Shown here piece after piece: positions 42,702-52,277 of a DNA stretch of 64,000 nt. The notes under the pieces are model-generated. The model was not told the DNA's origin. It made no database searches and saw only the letters and a program-made list of their open reading frames with translations. A program made the position numbers and the translations under genes. The stretch's first letter is position 1. Each line of letters starts with the position of its first letter. The DNA lies in the NCBI GenBank assembly GCA_040765985.1, contig JAXGRK010000001.1:8513-72512 (forward strand), given 5' to 3'. This DNA comes from Candidatus Dojkabacteria bacterium (GTDB lineage: Bacteria > Patescibacteriota > Dojkabacteria > SC72).

Positions 42702-44624
42702 ATGGTAAAAAAGAGTGATTACGGTGCCTCAAATATCCAAGTTTTACAAGGATTAGAAGCAGTAAGAAAAAGACCAGCCATGTACATTGGGTCTACAGAT
42801 AGAGTTGGTTTACACCATATATTTACGGAGATATTAGACAACTCTGTAGATGAAGCAATAGCTGGATACTGTAGTAGAATATGGGTCAAACTTTTCAAAG
42901 ATGGTTCCATCTCTATTAAAGATAATGCTAGGGGTATTCCAGTAGAGATGCATCCCCAAACAAAGGTATCTACACTTGAAACAGTTATGACCAATCTTCA
43001 TGCAGGTGGTAAATTCGATGATGGTGCTTACAAAGTATCAGGTGGTTTACACGGAGTAGGTATGAAGTGTACAAACGCTCTCTCAGAGTGGATGATTACA
43101 ACTGTAAAAAGAGATGGAGGTATATATCAACAGGAGTATAGAAGGGGTATCCCACAGCATCCTGTTAAAAAGGTTGGAAGTATACAGAATGAAACTGGTA
43201 CAGAGCACAGATTTTTACCAGATGATCAGATTTTTACTGAAACTGATTTTGATTTTAAAGAGATTGTTAGAAAGTGTAGACAACATGCATACCTAACTGC
43301 CGGCTTAAGAATATCTATTGAAGATGAGAGAGTAGGGGAGGGTCACAGTAACAAGATATACGACCTTTACTTTGAAGATGGTATTAAATCGTATGTTCTG
43401 TTTATGAACATAGATGAGAAATTAGTTAACGAAATACCCTTCTATGTTAACAAAGAGCAGGACGAAGTAGTTGTAGAGGCAGCTATACAGTACACAAATA
43501 GTATGGATGAGAATGTTAAATGTTACACCAACAACATTATCAATCCAGAGGGAGGAACTCATTTAGCTGGTTTCAGAACAGCGCTTACAAGTGCAATAAA
43601 TACATATGCTCAAAAATCGGAACTCTTAAAGGGCTTAACTACAACTCTAAACGGTGATGATGTAAGGGAGGGGTTAACTGCTGTTGTTTCTGTTAAAGTC
43701 GCAGACCCTCAGTTTGAGGGACAGACTAAGATTAAACTAAATAACCCAGAGGTTAAAAATGCCGTTTCCAAAGTAATTAGAGATCAACTCCTCATTTACT
43801 TTGATGAACATCCTAAAGAGGCAAAAGCCATAATTGATAAAGCAATACTCTCTTACAAAGCAAAAGCTGCTGCTAAGGCAGCAAGAGATGCTGTAATAAG
43901 GAAGAGTGCATTAGAGAGTACAACACTCCCTGGTAAATTAGCAGACTGTATCAGTAGTGATCCAAAAGATTGTGAACTTTACATTGTAGAGGGAGATTCT
44001 GCAGGTGGAAGTGCAAAACAGGGAAGGGATAGACATACACAGGCAGTATTACCACTTAGAGGTAAGATAATTAATACACATAAGTATAGAGTAGACAGAG
44101 TATTGGGTAATAACGAATTTAAGGATATTACAACAGCACTAGGTGTAGGGATAGGTACTACTTTAGATATTAGTAAATTGAGATATCATAAAGTAATAAT
44201 TATGAGTGACGCTGATGTAGATGGTTTACATATAACGACATTAGTATTAACCCTGCTATTTAGATTCTTTAAGCCCTTAATAGATGGCGGATATATATAT
44301 GTAGCACAGCCACCATTACATAAGGTAGAAATTGGTAAAAAGAAATACTACTTTTTAAATGATAATGAGAAAGATATATTTGTTAAAAAAGCAAAAGAAA
44401 ATGGTAAAACTCCTGTAGCTAACAGATTTAAAGGATTAGGAGAGATGAACCCTGAACAGTTATGGGAAACAACTATGAATCCAGAAACAAGAGCATTAAA
44501 ACAGGTTAATATAGAAGATGCAGAGGAAGCAGAAAAGGTATTTGAGATGTTAATGGGTAATGAGGTTCCCCCAAGAAGAAGATTTATACAGAAATACGCT
44601 AAGAAGGCAATTTTAGATATTTAA
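42702..44624 (+). CDS. gyrB: DNA gyrase subunit B
   Basis: YGASNIQVLQGLEAVRKRPAMYIG, GGLHGVG, LYIVEGDSAGGSAKQGRDR and IMSDADVDGLHI. Confidence 0.98.
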   Translation: MVKKSDYGASNIQVLQGLEAVRKRPAMYIGSTDRVGLHHIFTEILDNSVDEAIAGYCSRIWVKLFKDGSISIKDNARGIPVEMHPQTKVSTLETVMTNLHAGGKFDDGAYKVSGGLHGVGMKCTNALSEWMITTVKRDGGIYQQEYRRGIPQHPVKKVGSIQNETGTEHRFLPDDQIFTETDFDFKEIVRKCRQHAYLTAGLRISIEDERVGEGHSNKIYDLYFEDGIKSYVLFMNIDEKLVNEIPFYVNKEQDEVVVEAAIQYTNSMDENVKCYTNNIINPEGGTHLAGFRTALTSAINTYAQKSELLKGLTTTLNGDDVREGLTAVVSVKVADPQFEGQTKIKLNNPEVKNAVSKVIRDQLLIYFDEHPKEAKAIIDKAILSYKAKAAAKAARDAVIRKSALESTTLPGKLADCISSDPKDCELYIVEGDSAGGSAKQGRDRHTQAVLPLRGKIINTHKYRVDRVLGNNEFKDITTALGVGIGTTLDISKLRYHKVIIMSDADVDGLHITTLVLTLLFRFFKPLIDGGYIYVAQPPLHKVEIGKKKYYFLNDNEKDIFVKKAKENGKTPVANRFKGLGEMNPEQLWETTMNPETRALKQVNIEDAEEAEKVFEMLMGNEVPPRRRFIQKYAKKAILDI

Positions 44625-44642
44625 TTTTTTAATATATATAAA

Positions 44643-45050
44643 ATGTTCGAGGAGACAAAAAAAGAAATCAGGGACGATTCCGAATATAAACAGAATCGAG
44701 AGTTACTTTTAAGGAAATTACTTGGAGAGCGTGTTCCTAATCATAATTCACAAATAATCTCTATACTTAAAGAAGATTCTAATGTTAACCCATATAATCT
44801 AATCAGCGAATATTTAAACAAATCGGAGGAAGCAAAAATCGGCTTGGAAGATAGAGAAACATATATTGACATTCATATACATGATTTAGATGGACAAGAA
44901 GCATCTGTAATTGGTATTGGTACAAATCCAAATGATAAAACAATTGAAGTTGTAACAAGTAAAACCTATGACGAATTAAAACAGTATTTGACTGATTATG
45001 AAGTCCTAGAATCCGATATTAATTCACAATTAGATAAAAACGCAATATAA
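44643..45050 (+). CDS. Hypothetical acidic protein (135 aa) wedged between gyrB and gyrA
   Basis: Intact ORF. Its stop lies 1 nt before the gyrA ATG. No family recognised. Confidence 0.6.
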   Translation: MFEETKKEIRDDSEYKQNRELLLRKLLGERVPNHNSQIISILKEDSNVNPYNLISEYLNKSEEAKIGLEDRETYIDIHIHDLDGQEASVIGIGTNPNDKTIEVVTSKTYDELKQYLTDYEVLESDINSQLDKNAI

Positions 45051-45051
45051 A

Positions 45052-47865
45052 ATGCTAGAAAATGAGAAAGAAAATACAATTAGAGAAGCAGAAGAGATTG
45101 TAGAGATAGAAAATAGAGATTCCTCTTTAGATAGCACATCTCCTGAAGATAAAGATATCGATTTTGATGTCACATTTAAACCAGGAGAGGTTACTCATCG
45201 CTCTATCATTGATGAGATGAAATCTAACTACATAGATTACTCTATGTCTGTAATAGTATCTCGTGCACTACCTGAAGTAAAAGATGGTCTAAAGCCATCT
45301 CAAAGAAGAATACTTGTTGCAATGAATGATCTTGCGCTCTCACCTTCCTCTCATTTTAGAAAATGTGCAAAAATAGCAGGTGATACATCTGGTAACTACC
45401 ATCCACACGGTGAAAGTGTTGTATATCCAACCTTAGTTAAACTTGCTCAAACCTTTAATACAAGATACATACTAGTAGATGGACAGGGAAACTTTGGATC
45501 TATTGATGGTGATCCTGCAGCTGCAATGAGATACACAGAGGCAAGAATGGGTAAGATTACTCCTGAACTTTTGAAAGATTTAAATAAAGGGACTGTTACA
45601 TTTGTTCCAAACTATGATGGTACCCGGCTAGAACCAACTGTATTACCTGCACTTTTCCCTAATCTTTTAGCAAACGGTAGTCAAGGTATTGCTGTAGGTA
45701 TGGCAACACAGATTCCTCCTCATAACCTTGGAGAGTTAATAGATGCTCTACAAGAGATGATTAAGAGAAAGAACAGATGGGAGGGTGTGGCAATATACAA
45801 TGAACTAAGAAAAGTAAAAGAATCTAAAGAGGTAATTCCACAAACTCTAAATTCAAAACCAGAGAATTACTTAGAAAACTATGTTGATACAAAAGCACTA
45901 GATTACCATCTAGAGATACAAAAGATTATTGACAGAATTGAAAAGAGTAAGGAAGTCATATATCCCGATTTCAAATCTGAAATATCTCCTGAAGAGTTAA
46001 TCGAAATTATTCCAGGTCCAGATTTTCCAACAGGAGGAACAATCTATGATCGTGATGAGATATTAAACGCTTACGCAACAGGTAGAGGTAAAATACTACA
46101 AAGAGCACAGGCATCTATAGTAGAGGGTCATAACGGTAGATACCAGATTGTAATTACAGAGATTCCTTACCAAGTTAACAAAGCATACATGATTGAAAAG
46201 GTTGCCGATTTAGTAAGGGATAAAAAGATTACAGGCATTGCAGATATTAGAGACGAATCGAATAAAGATGGTATTAGAGTAGTAGTAATTCTTAAAAAAG
46301 ATGCTCAACCGAAGGCAGTTCTTAACAAACTCTTTAAGTATACAGAGATGCAAAAAACCTTTAATGCAAATATGATTGCATTAGTAGATCAAGAACCAAT
46401 AACGCTTTCTATAAAAAGAATGCTTGAGCTATTCCTTTCGTTTAGAATAACTGTAACTGTAAGAAGATATGAATACGATTTGGCAGAGGCAAGATATCAT
46501 GCTCATATATTAGAGGGCTTACTTAAAGCCCTAGATTTCCTTGATGAAGTAATTGCAACTATTCGTGGTTCTAAAACACAAGAGACTGCAAAAACAAACT
46601 TAATGGATAAGTTTAAGTTTACAGAGGTTCAGGCACAAGCAATATTAGATATGCAACTTCGAAGGTTAGCTGCACTGGAGAGAATGAAATTACAAAATGA
46701 TTATAAAGAGACTAAAGAGAAAATTATTGAGTACAACTCGATATTAGATAGCCAAGATAGAATACTGGAAATCATTAGTAAAGACTTAGAGATAATAAAA
46801 GAGACATATGGAGATAAAAGAAAAACAAAGGTAGTAAAAGGAAAGGTAAATGAAATCTCAGAAGAGGATATGATTGCACAGGAAGAGACCCTAATTACAA
46901 TTACACATTCTGGTTATGTAAAAAGAGTCCCACCTTCTACATACCAAATTCAAAAACGAGGAGGAAAGGGGGTATCCGGTGGTGATACTAAAGAGGGTGA
47001 CTTTATAGAACACGTCCTTTTATGTAACACCCACGATGAGTTACTTCTGTTTACAAACAAAGGTAGGGTATTTAGTACAAGAATATTCGAAATTCCAGAG
47101 TATGGTAGAACTGCAAAGGGTATACCTTTAATAAATCTTGTTCAATTAGATCAAAACGAAATTATTACTTCCATACTAACAAGAGATCCAAAGGGTGGGG
47201 TAATGGGTTCAGAAGAGATACAAGAGGATCAAGAGACAGGTGGAGTAGTAAATAAAAAAGATTTTAAATATTTCTTAATGGTTACTAAGGGTGGAATAGT
47301 TAAGAAAACGAATTTAAATGATTTTACCAAAATTAGAGCTAATGGTTTAACAGCAATCAAATTAGAAATAAATGATGAGCTTACATGGGTCAAACCAACA
47401 ACAGGAGATGATGAAATCATATTAGTAACTGCCGAGGGTAAATCTATTAGATTTAGTGAACATGATGTAAGACCACTTGGTAGAAGTACTAGAGGTGTAA
47501 CTGCAATGAAATTCAAATCACAATCTGACTTCATCGTAGGTATGGGTGTAATAAGAGAGAACGAGAATAGAATATTTACACTCTCAGAACATGGATATGG
47601 AAAAATGACAAAACTATCCGAATATACAAAACAAAAAAGAGGTGGTACAGGTATATTTACATTCAGGGTTACTTCAAAAACTGGTAAAGTTTCAGTAGCA
47701 AGAATTCTAGATCATCCGAAAGCTGAAATGGTTGTAATTTCAGAAAAATCTAAAGTAATTAGATCATCAATAGATGCCATTCCAACTCTTGGAAGACAGA
47801 CAAGCGGAGTAAAGATAATGAATGTAGGAGAAGGGGATAAAATAGCTACAATGGCTATACTTTAA
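45052..47865 (+). CDS. gyrA: DNA gyrase subunit A (937 aa, with extra segments)
   Basis: YSMSVIVSRALPEVKDGLKPSQRRIL, HPHGESVVYPTLV, AAMRYTEARM, and C-terminal beta-pinwheel repeats. Confidence 0.98.
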   Translation: MLENEKENTIREAEEIVEIENRDSSLDSTSPEDKDIDFDVTFKPGEVTHRSIIDEMKSNYIDYSMSVIVSRALPEVKDGLKPSQRRILVAMNDLALSPSSHFRKCAKIAGDTSGNYHPHGESVVYPTLVKLAQTFNTRYILVDGQGNFGSIDGDPAAAMRYTEARMGKITPELLKDLNKGTVTFVPNYDGTRLEPTVLPALFPNLLANGSQGIAVGMATQIPPHNLGELIDALQEMIKRKNRWEGVAIYNELRKVKESKEVIPQTLNSKPENYLENYVDTKALDYHLEIQKIIDRIEKSKEVIYPDFKSEISPEELIEIIPGPDFPTGGTIYDRDEILNAYATGRGKILQRAQASIVEGHNGRYQIVITEIPYQVNKAYMIEKVADLVRDKKITGIADIRDESNKDGIRVVVILKKDAQPKAVLNKLFKYTEMQKTFNANMIALVDQEPITLSIKRMLELFLSFRITVTVRRYEYDLAEARYHAHILEGLLKALDFLDEVIATIRGSKTQETAKTNLMDKFKFTEVQAQAILDMQLRRLAALERMKLQNDYKETKEKIIEYNSILDSQDRILEIISKDLEIIKETYGDKRKTKVVKGKVNEISEEDMIAQEETLITITHSGYVKRVPPSTYQIQKRGGKGVSGGDTKEGDFIEHVLLCNTHDELLLFTNKGRVFSTRIFEIPEYGRTAKGIPLINLVQLDQNEIITSILTRDPKGGVMGSEEIQEDQETGGVVNKKDFKYFLMVTKGGIVKKTNLNDFTKIRANGLTAIKLEINDELTWVKPTTGDDEIILVTAEGKSIRFSEHDVRPLGRSTRGVTAMKFKSQSDFIVGMGVIRENENRIFTLSEHGYGKMTKLSEYTKQKRGGTGIFTFRVTSKTGKVSVARILDHPKAEMVVISEKSKVIRSSIDAIPTLGRQTSGVKIMNVGEGDKIATMAIL

Positions 47866-48065
47866 GTATCTAAGTAAGATATGACTGGAATATCCTCACC
47901 ACTATAAATGGGTTCATATTCTGATATTAAAGTTTTGTTCTCAATCCTTTTTAATATCTTTTCAATATCTTTATCACTTTTAGATATTTTTTTGTTTAAT
48001 ATTTTAAATTCATTTTGTATTAATATCTTTAATACAGCTATCTCGTTATTACTTTTTTTAATCAT
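47862..48065 (-). CDS. Small hypothetical protein (67 aa)
   Basis: ORF only. It overlaps the gyrA stop by 4 nt in a convergent arrangement. Weak support. Confidence 0.3.
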   Translation of the reverse strand: MIKKSNNEIAVLKILIQNEFKILNKKISKSDKDIEKILKRIENKTLISEYEPIYSGEDIPVISYLDT

Positions 48066-48112
48066 ATTTGAATATTTAATAATTTATATATTCTATTCTC
48101 ACATACCTAAAA

Positions 48113-48129
48113 ATATATTTCCTGACCTA
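48113..48129 (+). promoter_or_regulatory. Copy 1 of the conserved intergenic element ATATATTTCCTGACCTA
   Basis: Exact 17-mer repeated at 49417-49433; the flanks are also similar (cataccTaaaa / catacTcaaat). It lies in the divergent intergenic region upstream of the sortase gene. Confidence 0.45.
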
Positions 48130-48218
48130 ATATCTAATATTAGGTACTTGTATATATATCACTACAGTAATACCAGTTATTAACCTACACCAAGATACTT
48201 TTTCTAAATCATGTATAT

Positions 48219-48881
48219 GTGATAATGTATAGATATATGAAAAAGCAAGAGAAACTTTCTAAGCTATTAAATATATATCAAGGATTTGGTTTTCTTCTCA
48301 TCTTTATTACTCTAGTACTTGTAGCTATACCCATCTACCCATATATCTGGTATAGGATTAATCCAGATGCAGTAGGTGATGATGAAGAAAAAATTGTTAA
48401 AGTTATTACGGAAGAAGAAATTTCTCCTAAAGAAGATACCCCTATGGAAGAGAAACAACCACCTCCCTTTGATCCTAATCTCCCAGAGGGATATTTTGTC
48501 TTAATACCTAGTATTGAAGTTAATTCCCCGATAACAGCTACAAAGGACTACAAAAAAGCTCTACTTAAGGGCACATGGATAGTTTCTGATTACGGAACAC
48601 CCGAATTAGACGAATTACCCATAATATTAGCAGCTCATAGATTTGGATATACAAGTTGGAGTAATGAAAAAAGAAATCTAATATCCTTTTTTAATCTTCC
48701 TAAAACCGTAGTAGGAGAGAAAGTAAGTATATACTGGAACCAAAGAGAGTATATATATGAAATATATGCATTAGAAGAGAATACATATATCTCTGATTAT
48801 ACTGCAGATTTAATACTGTATACCTGTAAATATTATAACTCCCCAGAAAGAATATTTAGGTATGCAAATAGAGTTAACTAA
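48219..48881 (+). CDS. Sortase family transpeptidase (second copy)
   Basis: TM FGFLLIFITLVLVAIPIY, ILAAHRFGY (catalytic His) and DLILYTCKYY (TLxTC-type Cys). Confidence 0.8.
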   Translation: MIMYRYMKKQEKLSKLLNIYQGFGFLLIFITLVLVAIPIYPYIWYRINPDAVGDDEEKIVKVITEEEISPKEDTPMEEKQPPPFDPNLPEGYFVLIPSIEVNSPITATKDYKKALLKGTWIVSDYGTPELDELPIILAAHRFGYTSWSNEKRNLISFFNLPKTVVGEKVSIYWNQREYIYEIYALEENTYISDYTADLILYTCKYYNSPERIFRYANRVN

Positions 48882-49336
48882 GGTTTTATCTTAGTTTTAA
48901 TATCACCATAATTGTAATCAAAGATACTCATTCTTAAATCATCAATATCCATTTCAACCTTATCCAGCCGATCCCTATTATTATTTTCTCGAATATGATA
49001 TTTAGTTAGATTTCTCTCTAAAGTATCAAACCGTTTAAACATTTTTAAAAAGGTTAACTCATGAGACGTCAATCTTCTTTCAATTTCTTCAAACTTTTTA
49101 TCAACCTTGTCAAATCTTTTAAATATCTCCGTAAATATTAATTCATGCATTTCTAATCTTTTATCTATCTCATCAAATTTCTTATCTATCCTATCAAACC
49201 TCTCATCTATCTCATCAAATTTTTTATCTATCCTATCAAATCTCTCATCTATCTCACTAAATTTTTTGTCAAAATTATCAAACCTGCCCTTAAACAAATT
49301 CTCAATATTTTTTAAATCTTCTTTTGTTAAAGACAT
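48878..49336 (-). CDS. Coiled-coil repeat protein (152 aa)
   Basis: Repeats ERFDRIDKKFDEID x2-3, then KRFDKVDKKFEEIERRLTSHE and KRFDTLERNL. Confidence 0.6.
   Translation of the reverse strand: MSLTKEDLKNIENLFKGRFDNFDKKFSEIDERFDRIDKKFDEIDERFDRIDKKFDEIDKRLEMHELIFTEIFKRFDKVDKKFEEIERRLTSHELTFLKMFKRFDTLERNLTKYHIRENNNRDRLDKVEMDIDDLRMSIFDYNYGDIKTKIKP
49163..49288. repeat. 42-bp tandem repeat (two near-identical units plus one degenerate unit) inside the coiled-coil gene
   Basis: atctatctcatcaaatttcttatctatcctatcaaacctctc / atctatctcatcaaattttttatctatcctatcaaatctctc / degenerate third unit. In frame, 14 aa per unit. Confidence 0.8.
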
Positions 49337-49416
49337 TTTAATATATATTAAATTTTAAATATTTACGGGAAATCAGATTAAAGGTTTCTGGTATTTACTG
49401 TATACCATACTCAAAT

Positions 49417-49433
49417 ATATATTTCCTGACCTA
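49417..49433 (+). promoter_or_regulatory. Copy 2 of the conserved intergenic element ATATATTTCCTGACCTA
   Basis: Exact match to 48113-48129, about 35 nt upstream of the VanY-like gene start. Confidence 0.45.
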
Positions 49434-49466
49434 TATACCTATATCAAAATCTTGTAAAATATACCC

Positions 49467-50288
49467 ATGAAAAAAATACTCATTTACACAATATTACTGA
49501 TACTAATATTTTTCTTTTCAACTAAAACAGTAGACGTGATTATTGATAAAGAAACTGATGAAGAACAAGTGACAAAAAATAACCAATGGTTTGAGATATT
49601 TGTTAATGATGAAATGGAAATATCCAAACAGAAGACAGTTACCCCAAAAGAACCCACCACTTCAGAAAATCAATGGTGGAGATATCCTGAAACAATATAT
49701 ACAACAAAGAGAAGTGGAGATGACCTTTTAGTACTAGTAAACAAAGAGTACAAACTACCAAGTACATATGCACCGAAGGATTTAGTTAAAGCAAGTAATT
49801 CTGGTATTAGAAGAGGAGAAAACTACTACCTTCGAAATATCCTTATCCCTGATTTAACCAACATGGTTAATGATGCTAAAGCACAAGGTATAGATTTAAG
49901 TATTGTATCGGCATATAGATCGTATCAAACACAAGTAGATACATATAACAGGTGGTTAGCAAAGAATGATAATAATGTGGAGTATGTAGATACATTCTCA
50001 GCAAGACCAGGACATAGCCAGCATCAATTGGGTACAGTAATTGATTTTAGTTGTAGCGAAATAGGGGATGTACTAGGAGATTCATTTGCTAATACAAAAG
50101 CAAGTAAATGGTTAACAGAGAATGCGTATAAATACGGATTTGTGATATCATTTCCAAAGGGATATGAGAGTATTACAGGTTACAAGTTTGAGAGTTGGCA
50201 CTATAGATATATCGGGATTAATAATGCAAAAGACATTGTTGATACCGGACAAATACTCGAATTGTATTTAAGAGGGTATAACCCATAG
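49467..50288 (+). CDS. D-alanyl-D-alanine carboxypeptidase, VanY / peptidase M15B family
   Basis: Signal anchor, then SAYRSYQTQ, PGHSQHQLGTVIDF and ESWHYRYIG, the zinc-ligand motifs of M15B. Confidence 0.85.
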   Translation: MKKILIYTILLILIFFFSTKTVDVIIDKETDEEQVTKNNQWFEIFVNDEMEISKQKTVTPKEPTTSENQWWRYPETIYTTKRSGDDLLVLVNKEYKLPSTYAPKDLVKASNSGIRRGENYYLRNILIPDLTNMVNDAKAQGIDLSIVSAYRSYQTQVDTYNRWLAKNDNNVEYVDTFSARPGHSQHQLGTVIDFSCSEIGDVLGDSFANTKASKWLTENAYKYGFVISFPKGYESITGYKFESWHYRYIGINNAKDIVDTGQILELYLRGYNP

Positions 50289-50352
50289 TATAGACTTCTA
50301 GGGCTAGCTGTAGTATAATACTACTGCATTTAAATTAACTAGCCCTTTAAAT

Positions 50353-50586
50353 ATGAGGAAGTTATATGCAGTAATTTTAACTGTAACTACATCTTTCCTT
50401 ACAAATGTTTCAGCCATATATGCAGATGGAAATCCATATGGTCCTTATAACCCATATGATCATAAGCCAATACCAACTGGTTTTGAAGATACATCCATCT
50501 TCTATATTGCAGCTGTAATTACATTTACAACTGGAATGATTATATTGTCTACAGTTAAAAACCTAAAGGCAAAGCAATCTATCTAA
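50353..50586 (+). CDS. Small secreted protein with a C-terminal anchor (77 aa)
   Basis: Signal peptide MRKLYAVILTVTTSFLTNVSAIYA. The C-terminus is KPIPTGFEDTSIFYIAAVITFTTGMIILSTVKNLKAKQ. Confidence 0.5.
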   Translation: MRKLYAVILTVTTSFLTNVSAIYADGNPYGPYNPYDHKPIPTGFEDTSIFYIAAVITFTTGMIILSTVKNLKAKQSI

Positions 50587-50661
50587 TTAGGTAGATTGCC
50601 CCTTTGGGGCACACTGTCTAAATGCAAGTTTATTTCAATCAATATTTAAATATATATATCA

Positions 50662-51414
50662 ATGAAAATATCTTTGGTTATACCAACATACAAAAAACTT
50701 AAAGAAGTGTTAGACCAGTTAGAGAGGTTGTATGGATACCTTTCTAGAGTCAACCCTGATTTTGAACTCATCTTCGTAGTAGATGGGTATGTTGATAATA
50801 CTAAGGATATATTAATGCAATATATTAAAGAGAACAGATTAAAGAAAGCAATAGTTTTAGGTTATGTTAAAAACAAAGGTAAAGGGTATGCTATTAGATA
50901 CGGTATGAAAAGAGCTTCTGGAGATGTAATTGGTTTTGTAGATGCTGATACCGATATCCAAATTAGAACTTTAGCGTACGCATTAAAAGAGATTAAAAAA
51001 GATGATGTTATGGCTGTAATACCTTCTAAATTACATAAAGATTCTAATATTGAAATGACTTTAAAAAGAAAGATTTACTCTTACGGTTTAATATCTATTA
51101 ACAAAATATTTTTAAGATTACCTAAAAACACTACAGATGTAGGTTGTGGTCTTAAACTATTTAAGAAAGAGTTGATTAAAAGAATATTACCTAACTTAAA
51201 GATAAATAGGTTTGCAATAGACTCAGAGATATTAAACGAGATTGGTAAAGTAGGGTATAGTGTATCTGTAATACCATTCTTCTTAAACAAAAATAGGTCT
51301 GATTCTACATCAGCAAATATTAAAGAGGTTATTACTATGTTAAGAGATATCTTTGAGATATCTATGAAAGAGAGTAGGGTATATAACTCTAAATTACTCA
51401 AAGCGTATAGATAA
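50662..51414 (+). CDS. Family 2 glycosyltransferase (polyprenol-phosphate sugar transferase-like)
   Basis: KISLVIPTYKK, FVVDGYVDNT and GFVDADTD (DxD). Confidence 0.85.
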   Translation: MKISLVIPTYKKLKEVLDQLERLYGYLSRVNPDFELIFVVDGYVDNTKDILMQYIKENRLKKAIVLGYVKNKGKGYAIRYGMKRASGDVIGFVDADTDIQIRTLAYALKEIKKDDVMAVIPSKLHKDSNIEMTLKRKIYSYGLISINKIFLRLPKNTTDVGCGLKLFKKELIKRILPNLKINRFAIDSEILNEIGKVGYSVSVIPFFLNKNRSDSTSANIKEVITMLRDIFEISMKESRVYNSKLLKAYR

Positions 51415-51456
51415 CAAGAAGAGGAACATATACGCCCCCCTTACATTACATTAGTA

Positions 51457-52191
51457 CTATTTAAATAGTGTACCCTCTCTTTGTCTAATCTCGTGGGGAT
51501 GAAGATCCATACTCTCTTTTACAGATTGAATCTGTTTTCTTATATCATCAAGCGTATTTATATCCCTTGTGTCTAACTCCTTCCCAAACCTTTCAAGAAA
51601 ATCAAGGCCTATGAATATTTTCTTTTGTACTCCTTGACTAAGTTTATCAAAAGAATAATTCTGGTTAGTATTAATTATATTAAAAACCGACTTACTATCC
51701 TTAAGATCACGTAAATCAATCACTCCTCTTTTTGAAAAAGCAAGTCCATGAAATGCGAAATCTCTTGCTTCTAACAAATATTGACCAATATTATCATAAC
51801 CAACTTTTTCTCGTGCCAAAGGAAGTCTTTCATATCTCACTGCAAAGGATTTTTCGGTTCGTCTGAATTTAGTACGATTACTCTCAAAAATGCTTATACC
51901 AGCAACATATACTATCTCACCAGTTTCCTCATCAACTATTTCTTGTAAAGCATTTGGGAACTCTTTCTTTAACATTTCCATAACTTCACTATTGTATTTC
52001 TCTTCTTCATTAGTGAACCCGTTCTTTAATGCCCCCTCAAGTTTTAACGCACTCTCTCTACCACTATATCCTTCAACATAAGCAAGGTCACTAGCTATGT
52101 TCGGATCACTTATTCTACCTTCGTCGTAAAAGGGTTGTTGTGTTAGACTTTCTCCAGTATTATTTGCTTGGTCATTCATCATATCAATCAA
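51457..52191 (-). CDS. Unknown-function paralog P1 (244 aa)
   Basis: Shares EVMEMLKKEFPNALQEIVDEETGEIVYVAGISI and AFSKRGVIDLRD blocks with P2 and P3. Confidence 0.6.
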   Translation of the reverse strand: MIDMMNDQANNTGESLTQQPFYDEGRISDPNIASDLAYVEGYSGRESALKLEGALKNGFTNEEEKYNSEVMEMLKKEFPNALQEIVDEETGEIVYVAGISIFESNRTKFRRTEKSFAVRYERLPLAREKVGYDNIGQYLLEARDFAFHGLAFSKRGVIDLRDLKDSKSVFNIINTNQNYSFDKLSQGVQKKIFIGLDFLERFGKELDTRDINTLDDIRKQIQSVKESMDLHPHEIRQREGTLFK

Positions 52192-52277
52192 AAAAATTAT
52201 ATTAGTATAAGATATAATAATAAGGAGTATATTTCAAATATCTACGAAAGACCGTAGGTTATACAACTCTACATTAC

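Noticed and set aside
49163-49288. Regularly spaced repeats that might be a small CRISPR array
   Set aside because: The units are directly tandem with no spacers. They are in frame within an intact ORF and encode a coiled-coil repeat.
50597-50611. Hairpin tgcccc-ttt-ggggca after the 77-aa ORF as an intrinsic terminator
   Set aside because: It has a 6-bp stem with no following U-tract (cactgtc). That is too weak to call.
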